Of a stretch of 64,000 nucleotides of DNA, positions 47,543 through 61,822 are shown piece after piece. Source of the stretch: Phoronis australis (Eukaryota; Animalia; Phoronida); contig NMRA01000031.1 in assembly GCA_002633005.1 (NCBI GenBank), positions 520,888 to 584,887 on the forward strand, in the 5' to 3' direction. How positions within the stretch are numbered: position 1 is the stretch's first letter; each line of letters begins with the position of its first letter. A program made the position numbers and the translations under genes. The notes beneath the pieces were generated by a model. The model saw nothing but the letters and a program-made list of their open reading frames with translations, made no database searches and had not been told where the DNA came from.

Positions 47543-50500
47543 TCACTTGGGCTTTGCCACGGTCACTTCATTGCAAAATGTGACACTCTTTTTGGTACTG
47601 ATCTTGTTTGATGAGCTGAAACTTGACTCAGCAATGTCATTTGGCACTGAACACACACAGGGCACCTGTTCGCCACCTTCAGGGTCAGTGCAGAATGCTC
47701 CATGTCGGAACTGCAGTGAATTTGAGCCACTGAACTGATTTACGTTGTTTGCATCATTGTCGGCAGTATTTTCCAAGTCAACCACAACCTGCGCAGTATG
47801 ACTACTATAGGTGACTTGACTAGTTGAACGATTCCTCTGAGAATGGTTTCGTTTTCTGTTACTGAAATACGACTCGAACTGAGAAGACCCAAGAAACCTT
47901 TGATACTCAACGTCAATTTTCGGTTTCCTAAACAAAAAGCATAGACAGTTAGATACAACAAATTTTACTTTTAATACTTTGAAATCTTTAAATGGAAAGG
48001 AAGAATTTCCTTGCCATCAACTGCTAAGCACAAAATCAAGAAAATCACTAATTAAAGCAGTGCTATAAATCCCCCTTCTATCACAAAAAATACTTCAGAT
48101 TTAAAACTCTTACCAAAACGAAATTGGTTTAAAATTGTTCTTTAGTCAAATCGGAAATGATTTCGGGACTACAAATTAAAGAACAGTCTGCTATTCCTTA
48201 AGGCCAGGCTCTACGTGTTGGTTTGTTACGATGTGTTATTTTATTAGTCAAGCTTCGTCTTGAGGAATAACAAACTAAGTTTTCAGCAAATACAAAAATC
48301 ACTTTTCACCTGAGAAAGGAAAAAGTCAAGACCAATTTTATAGACTCTGAGGTAAAGGCTATTATTAAAATCTCTTGATCTATTTACACCAACCTCTTGT
48401 AAACAGACCAAGAGATTTTAATAATAGTTGTAACACACCACCACCTCAGAGCGGTTTAGAAATTTATAGAGATAAAGGATCTTCAAAAGTTCGCTTCTTG
48501 GGCAGAATGGTGGTTTATAGCCATTTTAAACCTATTAAACTGGAGTTAAAATTGCCTAGCCATGATATCAACAGTTTCCATATTGAGTTGGAAATGAGAA
48601 GTGATCTGTGATTGAATTGGGTCGGTCAAATTTTGAAAAGGGTGTCCGATCCTATAATTTTCGTAAGCATTTTTGGACTTGTTATTACAAAGGATCTCTT
48701 TGGTAGCATATCATGGTAAGGAAGTTTTTGATTTTGTTGTGACAAGGGACCTAGTTTTGTTTATTTTGTAAACAGCTAAGAAAGAAAAGTTGCAGTTATT
48801 GTAAAGATATGATGCAATACATTTTATGCCAGAAGATGATATTTATGAAAACAATAAAAGTCAAAAGAACGATAATAATACAAATTGGTTAAAGCTTAAC
48901 AATTTCTGGGGCTGCACTCATTTTTTACTAATTTCATTTTTGATTCCCATTATTTACGCAATCTCACTCAGCTTTGTTGATGATGCCCAGAATTTCTAGT
49001 GACTCTTATGGCAACTCCAGTATTGAGCTTGAAAATGGTAAAGCATTGAGAAAACAATATTTCGTTTGCCTTCCATATAGTTTCCTGCATTGGTGAGGCT
49101 TTACTGCATCATATCAACTATTGTACGTGGTCAGTGTAGCATGATGGATTATAAACGGCCCTACGGGTACGTGGATATGGCTCTCCGCGGTGGAGAGATA
49201 ATTTAGACAGGAAGCCATCTTGATGATCACACGTCTGTTTGTTTCTTTCGTTAACAGTCATCACTTAACAAAAGGCAATAAATCCGTTCTTTCTGTCAAA
49301 AAACCCATAATCTGTCCTGATTCCATGAATGTTTAATTCTGAAAACAGAACAATACAGAAAGCTGCATTAACCTTCTATGTTGGTCATGGAGCGTTCCCG
49401 TCTCCTTAACCAGTGCCAGGGTGTTGGCCTTGCACTTGCCCTGTATAATTCGTTGAATATCCTCGGTGATCACACAAGACTGTAGAAACAGGTGGGTGGC
49501 AGTGGCAGATAAGAACTCGTTGACAGAAACCAGCCTGAAACACAGTATTGTAGGAATCAGAAACACACAATTATAAGCGAATAAAATACTATATTGAAGC
49601 AGACACTTGATGTTGGTATATTGACAAAAATGAGACTAAACTACAGTGATTTAACAAATCGTTATAACTGATAGGTGGCACCACAGTACCATAACCACAT
49701 CAATTTATGATATTATATGATTAAAGCTGCAACCGCTTTCACAGACTCGTGTTCTTGCTCTTGGCTGATTGTATGAAACAATAACAATAACTGCCAGTTC
49801 TTCCTAGAAAAAATCAAAACTAAGAATTACCAAATATTATGGATTTCAGAATCATCATGGTAAGTGCTGTAATGACTGACTCAAAAGCACTTAGAAGACT
49901 AGAGTGGAATATGTGTTATGTGAACTAGCTATCTGAATTTTCTAAACTGAGCAAAAACCATACCAACTAATCTGCAAAGTCACACAAGTCTATTAGTTTC
50001 TATTTCCCAAATTCAACAAAGCAATGCAGAAGAGGAACAAGTTGCAGCAACAGTTACACACTTGGCCAATAGGGGGCTTTCAACAGCTGTTCAGTGAATA
50101 AATTCTCAATATAAAGAATCAACTGCATTCCATATAGCGCACTCATGAATGGAACTGTTATAAGATGGCACTGCCAGACAGGAAGTCTGGCCACAAGGCA
50201 GACCCGGAAGTCTGGCCACAAGGCAGACCAGGCGCTCAACACCAACGTCCACAATGGCATCATATAATTAGCATAACATCAATGCACAAAATTCTAATAA
50301 TCTAGTCAATCACCTTCAGTCATCATGGATGGTCTCCAGCAAATCAAGAAACATGAGTTTTATGTAAATGTTGTCACTTCGACTGAAATTAAAACATGTA
50401 CGAACAGACATGCATTATGTCAAAAATAAAGCACTTATTAGAAATCAAACAACGTTACTTTCATAACACGTTGACCCTGATAGATACCTGTTGACGAATT

Positions 50501-53500
50501 CTTCAAGACCTTGCATTCTTAAGTGAATAAACGCTGGATCAAACCGGTTATGGAATAACTGTAGAACATTACGAGATGGAAGTCGAGGTACTTTCCTGAA
50601 ATCAGAAATAACAAATCAAAAATGGCAAATTCAAAGAAAAAAGTTGGAACTATCAGGCAACATGGCCTCATTCAACAGAATCCCAGAAGCTGCATAGTTT
50701 GTTCCTGCATTTAAGATCTCACAGACAACATTTTCAAATCAAACTCAGTGTAACCAAACCATTAGTTAACTGCTATGAATCTTGTTTATAAAAACAAGAC
50801 TTCTGAATTAGACTACGTATATCTCTTACTCAAATTTGATAAATTTAAATAAAACTGATAAATTACTATTGATATGGTTGAACGAGTTATGTACTCCTGA
50901 AAAAAGACAGGTACGCCCAGAACATCTGAAGAGTTAACAATATATTTAAGCGACACAGACTTGTCGATATAGTGTCATGCCAAGCATGGTCTCGGGCAAC
51001 AACAAACTGTCAGCTGTTTCCAATTCAAGAGACCACCTCTCACCTGAGTCAAAAACAAGTTGGTACCAAGGACCTGATTCACAAAATGTGACTTAAGATT
51101 TAAAATTAAAAATCTGGTCCAATGCCCCCATTCACGATGACGCAATAAAAATTTAGCCAAGTAATTATGAGAGCATCACAGTCATAGACATTATCTCCAC
51201 TTAAGGATATATTTTCAGAGAATTGATATTTTTGCTCAAGTTAGATTAAATTATTTTTCAAAAATAGTTGCATGGAGGTTGAGGTTTAAAAGTGATCTTA
51301 ATCAGATATCTTAAGTGTTTTGATGTAATGCATGTTTCTAACCTGAAGCTGCTCTAATTGGGCCACTTATCACTGAGCGCTAAGCAACAAGTCTCATCAA
51401 ACTATTAATATCTGAATGCTTTTCTATCATCACCTGTTTACTGATCCTAAGTACCGTACAGTGATTCTGGCTTTATGCTGGCTTAAGCCAGACCTGATAA
51501 CAATTTTACAGATAATACCCTACAATGGCCACAACCCAATACCCCAGTTGACACAGCTAGCTCTAACAGAAGACTGTGAATTGATGGCCCCAATCTGCAA
51601 AGTACTGTGAGGTTCAGTACAGTGAAGATGAAGATGACAAAATCTGCCTTTAAACTCACCCAACCCCATATTTTAAAGGCATGTTTTTGTACATAAAACA
51701 CAGTTCTTCCATAATTTGTTACAATTTCGGCCAGTTTTCACCTATTACAAGAAGTGCTCTGAAACAGTAGCACTGCAAAATTAAATGTCTGCAGTGACCC
51801 ATGGTACCCAAAAGCTACAGTAGTGATCATTACTAAGCCTGTGATAATTGTCGTGCTTAAATGCATTACTAGGTCAGTGAGTGAGAAGATGGATAGCTAT
51901 TACACCTGTCCAATTACCAAAGTATGCAGAGAGCAGACAATATCACTCTTGTTGGGGTAATGGTTGGATATAATGTGCCTGAATTTTGAGAACCAGTTTT
52001 CTTCTCCACTGTGTAATGGGCATCAAACTGGTTCTCAAAATACGGGCACTTTATATCAGACTATTGCCTCTCTTAGAACAACAAGTAAGCTAATTCATGT
52101 GTTTTAGATCTTGGCATCTCATACCTTTTCATTAGAGGGATAATTAAATGCTATTCTAAGATCTATGCATGCTTAATTAAATATATCCTTCTCAACGTAA
52201 GTGCCAAATACTTAATACAAAGAATATTAACAATAAAGTGCAACTTGCATAAGTCGCATCATAGCACAACTCAGCGAAAGTAACGAACTCATTGATCAAA
52301 ATAATGGAGTATGGTCATTGTAGTTCGAGCAATCAACAGTCTCCGTACTAGAATAGAACGTTTTAATTAGCATGGGTCTGACTTATGCAAGTGCTTAAAA
52401 TAGTCGCGTGTAACTGTCTCACTCTCTGCCATTGTAGTTCTCTAAAATGTCCTTCAACCATGCAAACTCTGAGTATCTTCGCCGGACACATGACTTGAAC
52501 AGCGTGAATGCTGGGTTGTTAGTCTGCAAAACCAAGAAAAATTTTGCAGTTTGTAAAACACACAAAATTGATGCTTTCTATAACAACTGTAACTAGGACA
52601 AATTCTAATGACGAGTCAGCAAATAATAATTGAGTGCAAAAAGTAGACAACGGTAAGTCAAATGAGTTCAGAACCCATGAAGCAACAAAAGCATGCACTA
52701 TAAATGACCCTTTAGTGCATCCAAATAACTGACAAAAGGACAGCACTTGTTACAGTCAAGCAGCAAATTTCATGACGTCTTTAAGGCAAACTAACAATTG
52801 AAGCTAATTTGAAATTCCAGCATCGGAATCAATTTTTTTCAGTGGACAAACTCATTCTATCAGACTCAGTTACACTTTAAGTTACTGCACACACACACAC
52901 ACACATTTGGTATGGTACATTGCATACTACAAGATTAAACTTTGTAATGAACTTCAGTGATAATACCATTATCAGCTGATCCAAATTGGATGACATTCAG
53001 TATACCACGTCTATCTTGCCACCAAAACAATAAAGCCGACAACAAGCTGTTGTTAGGTCTCTTATGAATATTTTTCCTGAACTAAAATTGTGGTTAGACC
53101 TCCCTTACGGCTTCCTAGGTACACCAAAGTGGCGCATATCATAACCAAAACAAGAGAATTGTTACCTCAATTGAGATCTCATAAGTTGTGTATTTTCCAC
53201 TGTCCCATGTGTTGTGGGTTATTGGGTTACACACTCGAACACGCGTCCAGATCTGAAAATATAATATACGGTAATATTATAAAAACTGATCACCCATGAG
53301 TCACCAATTAACCCATTACTAATTATTATTAATGTGGTTAATTATAGTCTATCAGGTTAGAATAGAAACAAATTAAGTAATTTAAATGGTAATAAACTTG
53401 CCAAATTTCACAAAGATCCTATACACATGTGGTTTAGGGGATCTATACAGTCGTAGATGCAATACAGGCATTTTGGGCTTGGAAGGGTAAGTACCTGCAG

Positions 53501-56485
53501 ATGATTATAAATCATGGGTGTCATTCACACACAATAAGCCTTTTGAAATTGACATGCAAGGTCAGTGAAGGCAGTTCTTTGTGAACCCTGCCCTTAGTCA
53601 TACAACTCTCCCAGTTGAACTGTGTAGTAAGCACAACATAACAAAGGGTTTATTTTCCTGGTTGAGAAGTTTATGCTTTATTACCCCATATAGATTCTAA
53701 ATAGCAGAGCTTGCAATGGGGTTACCACAGAAGTTCGGTGGACATGTTTGAACGTCAAGGTCAGTCGTGCACTAAGTGTTAGAGCCAACACACTGCCAAA
53801 TTTCATGGTCATCTTCGAACCGGTTTGGCAAATAATCAGTAAGTATAATAGAATGGCCACTAGGTGGCCCATATTATGTCAAATCCATCTCAAAATGAAA
53901 AGTGTTGTTGTGTCCATAATAGAAACCTAAAATTCATGAAAAAGCACCAAGGATCACTGACAATACAGACGCAAATGTAAATACTAAAACTGACGCTAAG
54001 GGGTACAGTGGTTGTCAGATTCATCGAAATGTTGCGGTCAGACTTTGTCAAATCCAACAGGAAAAATTTGCCAAATTTCACAAGGATCCTCCAAAGAATT
54101 AACTTAGGCGAAACGGCCAAAGTAAGGGGGTGCAATAACAGATAAACCTGTCCGAAAATCAATGTCAGCTGTCATGGTGGTTTCAGGAACACATCTACCA
54201 ATTTTCATAATAATCTTTATCTAAAGGAATTTGGCAAGTGAAAAGTGGAAAGGCAAAAAACAGACCAAAAATAATAAACAAAGACGCTGGATGGCACAAA
54301 ATATGTTAAATCCATCCGAAAATGAAAAGACTTTTTGTCAAATTTCATGAAAATCAATTCATGAACTCAGAAGGTACAGAGGTGGTAAACACAAAGTAAG
54401 TTGCTACAAGGGGCCACAGCAGTAGTTGGATAGGTGCGAAGCTCATAATCGTCCATTGTCAGCTTCATAGGCACACATCTGTAAAATATCACAAAGTGAT
54501 TACAACCACAAATCCAAAAAACAGCCAGTAGGGGGCACCACAGAAGTAAGACCCATATGCCTGTAACTATTCTGCAGCAGATCTCAAATTTGGGGACTTT
54601 CAAGTTAGTAGCAATGTGACAACTGATCCCGCGAGACTAGACAGTATTAGTCTCTAGAGGGACCGCAAAGGCAATTTCGTATTTGTTGCATCATGCGTAA
54701 TTCCCTTATTCTACACATGAAAAAGTATACTTCTACAAGTCCGACCCTCATGTGGAGAATTTCTCGCTTACACTGGTCACCCCTCAGATTCCCTTAGCCC
54801 CAGACAACTTTTAGGATGCCTATTCAGCACGTCCTTTGTATTGATGTAGATCTGAGCTAATGAAGTGGAAAGGTAATTACTGTTTCAACAATGGTTGTTG
54901 TTAGAACCCCCAACTTGGTTTTCTCTGGCATTTGCAGAGTTACAGCCTGCAACTCTGGAGAGTAGTTTTAACTTGGTACATTATAAATATTACAAAATGA
55001 CAAAAAAAGGTTAACTTGTGTTTATCTTCACAAAGGGCCACTTCCTAAAGGAACGATATGTTTCATATTGGTTTTCATTATTTAATTTTTAATGCTTCTG
55101 CCCACTTGTTTTTTTTCTTACCAGGAATGGGTTGATAATTAACTTTTTATCCAAGTTTCAAACTTGAAGTACCAAAACAGTGGTAGATATCATGTGCGCA
55201 CCCATAGCCTTCAATTTGGGAGGGCTCGAATTCCCGGCGTTGTGGACCTTTTGCTTACAAAAGAGCAGGCGGACTAACAAAAAGGGAGCACCACTAGTGT
55301 GAATCGTGTATTTGGCTTATTTAGTGAAATTTTTGTCCCATTTCCTCGGACTTTTTGTCTCTCAGGGGCAGACCTTTTTGCCCACTTCGCCAAAGGAGGG
55401 AGCTCATTCGAGACCCCCGAGCCCCCCCTGGGTGCCCGCATGGATTTTGATTGTCAGCGAAACTTATAGTTAAGTTCATTGTGAGCCCATCCCTAAACTT
55501 TGCACATTACAGATAAAACAGTCATGTGTCATTAAAGTTTAAAATCTTTATTAGAACTCAAATCATAAAATATATACAAAATATGGTGATAACCAGAACT
55601 GAAGATTTGGAATCTCTGGACAGTTTTGGTGGCACTGACTATATAACTATTCTAGCTATTTGTCATTAATAAAAAAATGATAAGTGGGCACAAGTTAAGT
55701 ACAACTGTTTCCTGTTTCTGGTTTAACGAGATCGAAACAATATTAAAAAATGAATCCATGTGATATTATTAACACTGATCAGCATTATATCCACGGAGTA
55801 TATCGATACGCGCTTCAATCGTACCCAATGGTTGTAGTTTTTAGATTTTTAGTTCATCGATTTTTAAAAATCGAAAACTGTACTTGATTGTTTTTTCCAG
55901 CTGAATACCGCCGTGGTGTTCGTTTTTAATGAAAATTAGTGGTTAATGCATTTTGAAAATTCGCCATTATATACAGTCAGCGATGTTTAATACAGTTTAT
56001 GGTTGAATAATTAAATTTAATTGGGTCTTGCTCGCATCGGGCAATGCGGTTTCCACAACTGTACCTGATTCCGGCACCACGCTCTCTTTAATCCTAGTAA
56101 AAGCTGCTCAGAAGGACAAGCGGTGAAAATTCCCACATATCTTTAGAAATGCGTGACTTCCTTGTTAGCGTATTATTCACGGTTAGGCAATGACGATCAT
56201 TGCCTACACGGTATGCTATGTACCACAGGCGGATCCATGGCAGCTAGGATTTTGAGTTACGGAGGGGGGGGGGGGGGNCGGATTTTGAGTTTGGGGGGGC
56301 CAAGGCAGAGTATTAGCCAGAATTTTGCCCGCCAGATGTTCACACCCCAAACTGCCAAATGGAATCGGGGAGAATTTTAGGCGGGCCATGGCCCCCTTGC
56401 CCCCCCCACCCTGTTAAATTCACCACTGTTTACGAGTCCCAGTGAATAACTAAACTAGTCTACTCTACGCTCACCCAAGATCCAT
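47543..56485 (-). CDS. SNX10/11: sorting nexin-10/11-like PX domain protein (~309 aa)
   Basis: Minus-strand exons: 56475-56485, 56065-56140, 53166-53252 (IWTRVRVCNP...YTTYEISIE), 52423-52523 (TNNPAFTLFKSCVRRRYSEFAWL), 50488-50595 (KVPRLPSR...FIHLRMQGLEEFVN), 49373-49534 (HLFLQS...IQG), 47543-47927. Phases are consistent. The first two exons are less certain. Confidence 0.85.
51968..52056. mobile_element. palindromic mini-MITE; related copy at ~59430-59492
   Basis: atataatgtgcc..attttgagaaccagttt / aaactggttctcaaaat..gggcactttatat. Confidence 0.7.
55191..55442. mobile_element. MITE, copy 2 of the 3877-4131 family
   Basis: TIRs CATGTGCGCACCCA / TGGGTGCCCGCATG, with internal similarity to 3877-4131. 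Confidence 0.7.
56226..56428. mobile_element. G/C-run hAT-like MITE
   Basis: Starts caggcggatcc and ends aaattcaccactg, with poly-G and poly-C subterminal runs similar to the ends of the 35770 element. Confidence 0.5.
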
Positions 56486-56819
56486 CTTAACCCTAACAAT
56501 GAGACAGGCAGTACTGGAAAAGACACAGTGGCATTTGTGCATTATTCATAAGAACAGAAAATGAAACAAAAGTCCACACAGGTTAGAAAGAGATCGACTA
56601 TAAAAGTATAAACAACATCCCGATCAACGAACATTACCGCTTCGTTATCCGTCAGCCCCATCGTCAGCTTCCAGAATGTGCTGTAGTTAGTATCTAGCAC
56701 CTAAAAGTGGTGTTCACTCTGTGGTTGAAGCAGATAATCACCCATCACATGATGGGGATTTTGTTTGGTTTCGGCATTACATCTCGTAGTAAGTAAGAGC
56801 GTGAAGCCTTCCTCATGCA

Positions 56820-57067
56820 TTGAGTGTTTACTGAACAGTGCGGATAGTTCTCCTAACAGTCGGTAGAGGACAGGACAGTACACTGATTGGAGTTCCTCTC
56901 ACTAATAATACTTCACAATTTTTGTATTTGACTAAAATATTAAAACTTTTATCACGTAATTCTTTTATTGATACCATTTTCTTATCTGTTAGCGTAACAA
57001 AGATCAGGGTTGAGGCGTCGTTAAAGACGTTTTTCGACCATTTTTGATTTGTTCCATTTTAAGGAAA
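56820..57067. promoter_or_regulatory. probable bidirectional promoter between SNX10/11-like (-) and PFDN5 (+)
   Basis: Divergent start codons are ~580 bp apart, with probable 5'UTR exons of the minus gene at ~56638-56820. A YY1-like AAAATGGC overlaps the PFDN5 ATG. Confidence 0.55.
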
Positions 57068-60000
57068 ATGGCTGCCAAGGCTTCAGGATCCGGCCAGTCA
57101 GGTCAACAAATCGACATTTCCCAGTTATCTGCTCCCCAGCTTAGTCAGCTTTCTCAGCAATTAGACCAGGTATCCCCTTTTAAAGATGATCTCTGGTCGG
57201 ATATAGCGGTCCCTGATTTAGAGAAGCAGACAATCATTGAATAATGGACCCGTCAATGTGTCATTTAATGATTCAGCTACATTACCTTGGAACGCCTGGA
57301 ACGGTAAACTTGAAGTCGACTACTACTACTAGTACTAACGAGTCGCTTTTGCAAATGGCGACCCAGTGTTTACTGAAGAGCAGTAATGGCAGAGGGACCC
57401 GTATACTTGACTTTTAGTTTATGGGATGAATCTGGTTCTCTGAATCGCCCAATCAGGGACTGCTATACTCGATCATCAGATTGACAGTTGTTCAATTTGA
57501 GGGAAGGTGTCACTGAACTAGCAAATCAGCTGTTGAGAGTGACCTCAAGCACTTCTGTACACTTGCAAGTGCTTGCTCGCTGAAACTGTTCAAGAAACGA
57601 GAGCTTGCTGACTTGTGCTATGGAAAATTTGTTTGCTCCGACGTATTTACCGCTAACGAGTTTATAATGTTATAATTTGTCCAAATCATATAGTAATAGT
57701 CAATATTTAATACAAAGTACACATTTTCAGGAAATTGAGTTCTTTGTCAATTCCATGACTCAACTAAAAGGTGCGCAAGCCAAGTTTGTGGAGTCTCAAG
57801 ATTGTCTGGAGAAGCTTACTCCAGATAACAAAGAGAAGGACATCTTGGTACCTCTCACAAGCTCTGTATCCTAGCAACAGTTGAAGAGGATATTGGTGCT
57901 TGGGATTTGAAGGCAATGCCTTGACAGGCATTTTGGTCTAGGCTGTTTACACTTGGAAGTGAAATTAGCTCGTACCCAAAATTACTTGAATGAAATTCAG
58001 AATATGTTCTTTGCTTTATTGTTTTTAGCCCCATGCTCTGCCATTTTTGAAAATTATTGGTTATGTTTTGGATTGGAACCCTTTGTTTTTGTGTTCTGTT
58101 TTAATACAGCAGGTTAATATTCCATGATGACATCATCGCCTGAATCAGTGCATCCCCTGATGGCTTCAACAATTAGATTGTCCACTAACAAGTTGTCGGA
58201 TTTATTTGAATTTGATATTTGTGTCTTCAGGCTTCTCCTAATTAGCTCTGCTTGGATCTTAGTTAGTGACCAATGCTGCTCAGTGACAAACATTATTTCA
58301 TCAAAAATAAATCATTGTACTCCCAAAGGTTACTCCATTTTCCTGGTTAAGCAATTGTATACAGGGCCCTTGATGGCTGGATTTTGGGGTTGAATATCTT
58401 GAGAGTTCTTTGATGGATTTTCGTGAAAATCGACTTATAAGTGTGTATTAAGAAGATGATGATGTGTTCTGTGCAATCCACCAAGTGATCAATTATTTTT
58501 GACTCCATATTTGGCTTCCGTCACTCTAGTCACCAAACTGCTTGAAAGGTCATTTGGAAAATTAGGTTATTTGTTCCAGCTAAGATATCCACAACAGACC
58601 TTGATTTTGGGATGGGTTTAAGTACTGTGGTACTCCCTAGTGGCAATTGTGTTTGTTTTGCTAGTTGTGTCCATTGTTTCCTTAACTCCCATGCAGATGT
58701 ATGTACCAGGTCAGATAAGTGATGTAGAAAATGTTCTCATAGATATTGGAACAGGTTACTTCGTTGAAAAGGTAAGCATAGTCACTCACTTCACAGATCA
58801 GTGATAATCATAAGATATGCAGTCCACCAAGAAGAGAATGTTTACAATGTGAAGTCCCGATTATAAATTGGAGTAACCACGTCGTCAAAAACGAGCATTT
58901 AAACAGCATAATTTGAAAATTCAAGGGTTTTAAGCAGGGTGAACATGTGATTTCAGCTCAAGTGACCTAATTAGCACTACATGGGTCTTCAAAACAGCTG
59001 TACTCAGTGCTGTACACAGTCTTCTGTGGCTAAGTCTGTTCTTGGTGAATGTATCTTATTTGGGGGGTTCTCCTCTTTGTGGTAACTGTGTCATTGCTGT
59101 TTTTGTATGTCAAGTGAAACATTGTACTATAAACATTGTCATGACGACACTTACGACTTGTTAGTTTAATGCAGACTTTAAATTCTCACACCCTGGATTC
59201 AACTCTCCTCTTGTGCGGAGGGAGAAAAACGTATGAGATTGACTTGGATAGTTTAAACAGGTCGGATCTGCAACACACTTCTGAGCTCAGTCAGACAAGT
59301 AAAGAGCATTTTTATTACACCTCGCTTGGCTTTTCAAATATCTTGATGTCTGCATCAAGGAACTCACTATGCAGCAGTAGAACTTAACTGGTAGCGGAAT
59401 GACAGGCAAGAATAGTCACTTACATGGGTCGTGCTTTTTAGAACCAGTTTGATGCCTGTTATTCAGTAGAGAAAGCTGGTTCTCAAAGTGCTGAACTCCT
59501 TATTAAAGTGACTATTACTGAATGACATGCTTATAATGCAAGAAGTGATTGCTGTGGCAGCTGTGTACAACTGCGTACGAAGAACCCTATGTGTGCACAG
59601 CATTGTGGATAAAATGTTGCAGAGTCCGAGAGTATTCTAGAAAGTGGTTATAAAATGGATTGTTTTTATCAGTTTGCAATATGTGTCGGAATTGTTTGTT
59701 ATGACATCTAGCACATTATCGTCATAGCAGCTGTCCACCGTGAACAAGAATGACGGGCAATCTGAAAGTGGCAAGTCATTACTAGTCATTTTTGCTCAAA
59801 GCGGAATTGACTGTTACTACGGGCAACCAGCATTTTGTCTGCTTGCTCTTGGGATGTACTGTACTTCACGTCATTTAAGTTAGGGAGACTGTTGAGATCC
59901 AATATCACCCTTCTTTGATGAGTCACCTTATTCTGTATCTCACACACAGCACACTTGTATACTATTTTACTCAGCAGTTGTTGTCATTAGCAATGGAGAA

Positions 60001-60956
60001 TGCTGTGAACACGTGACACTTAACCACTGATGTGAGATACCTAACATTTATCCACTTCAACTTGTGTCATGTCTTCACTTGATGTGTAGTAATGCAGAAC
60101 AAGTGTTCACTTATTACCTTAGTTGTTATTGTGGACTCCATTAACAGAGCGTGGCTGACGGCAAGGATTACTTCAAAAGAAAGGCAGAGTATGTAGCAGA
60201 TCAGATCAAGGTGATACAGCCCGTCATGGAAGAAAAATATAAAATGAAGCAAGGTAAGGGAGAAAGTGATTTTTCAGCTTGGAAAAATAGCGTTAGATTT
60301 CTGTTTGATAAATAACTGGACTTTTCTTTGAAGGATTGTTTACAAACCTGGGAAAAACCCTCTTGTCTGTGTCATGTAGTGTTCTGATCTTACATATCTT
60401 TAAAAAAACCGCTGGCTAACTGTCCTCTGCCCCAAAAACAATGTTTGATTTAGACAAATTACCGTTATGAAATTGGTCTTAAATTGTTTCATCTTCTGTT
60501 AGCCAAATTGAATGTGGATTTCAGGACTTTTAAAAGAATCGACAGTCCGTCTTTGCTAGAGACCAGGCTGTACATGTTCACTTGCCTCGTCCTGTCATTT
60601 TATCCATTAAGAACAGTCTTACGGAATTACGAACTGCGTGTTCTTTGCAAACTCTGAAATCACTTCTCATTCGAGTTCGGAAAAGGTCGAGACCAGTTAA
60701 TATACAACTGTGTAAGTGGCCTAAATGAAGTTTGCTTCTTGTACAAAATGTGAGTTCATGGCCTTTGTAGCCGTTTTAAGGCATGAACACTTAGGATTCT
60801 AGTTTGGCTTTCTTTCTAGGCAAGACTAGGAAGTTTCAGATTCTTTGTTTTGATGTGTCAATTGTCATTACAGTCGTTACAGAAATGCTTCAGTTTAGAA
60901 TACACGCCCAAATGAAGCCTCAGCAGCTGGCACAGAACTTACAAGCCAAGTCCTAA
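57068..60956 (+). CDS. PFDN5: prefoldin subunit 5 (166 aa)
   Basis: Exons: 57068-57169, 57731-57865, 58697-58771, 60148-60253, 60874-60956. Hallmark sequence 'ILVPLTSS|[25 protein letters not shown]|[12 protein letters not shown]'. Confidence 0.96.
57866..58696 (+). other. U12-type (minor spliceosome) GT-AG intron of PFDN5
   Basis: 5' splice site GTATCCTA, branch point TTCCTTAAC (58678-58686) about 10 nt from the CAG acceptor, and no polypyrimidine tract. Confidence 0.88.
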
Positions 60957-61822
60957 AGTAGTCCGTGGCGTCGTGATAGCCTAGTGTCCCCTACAGGCAG
61001 TCTTCAAGAGAATTACAGTCCTTGTGTTCAAACGTGACGACAGTCAGAATCACCAAGACTCATCATTACAGATGGCCATGGTCTGCACGGAAGTGGATGT
61101 ATCGTGATATATAGTTAAGAACTTTTTTCAATCAATGGTACATAATTTGTAGAGTATACTCAATTCTGACAATCTTGTGAGGGGACCGAAGAGGTTGTTT
61201 GCTTTTTCAAGTGTATATGTGTGCTTAAAATGTTGAGATATTGTGTAACGTAATGTATAATTTACATTAAAACACTAAAATATGAATGATATAAATATTG
61301 TATTAAGTAAAGCTTAAAACAACATTTGGTTATCAAACCACAAATAAATTTTCTTTCAAGTATGTTATCACAGATCACAAATAAATGTTTTCACAACATA
61401 TAAAGACTAGGTAATGCTGAAAAGACTTGGCATTACCAATAAATAGAACTTTGGAATGCAGGAATATTTTTTAAAATTCACATTCTTCATAAAATGTGGA
61501 ATGTCTACAAAACATTTAATTATACAACAAATTGCGGTCTCTTAAATCATGATTACAAAAGAATTAGAAGCAGAGAAATCCCAACATAAAATAATTTACT
61601 CAGATGCACAGGTTGGTCCATGAACACCCAGCAGGCACAAGTTCAAATTTAGTTTTATTTAGATGATTTCCACACAATATTTTCATGCTGCATATCATAT
61701 AACAGGAATTGGTAAATGCAAATCAAAAAGTGACCTCCCTGGGCAGCAAGTCTTTGAAACAAAAAGACAAGTACAAAAATATACTGAATCAAATTACGCA
61801 TGGACGGAGTAGGATCAGAAAT

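Noticed and set aside
57170-57730. Second U12 intron in PFDN5 (donor GTATCCCC)
   Set aside because: There is no TCCTTAAC branch point near the acceptor, and the CAG|GT context and ttttcag acceptor fit U2.
6426-60956. A 'chaperone gene cluster' (HOP-like TPR, SMYD4 TPR, prefoldin)
   Set aside because: The genes are interspersed with unrelated ones, there is no evidence of co-regulation, and chance proximity is likely without synteny data.
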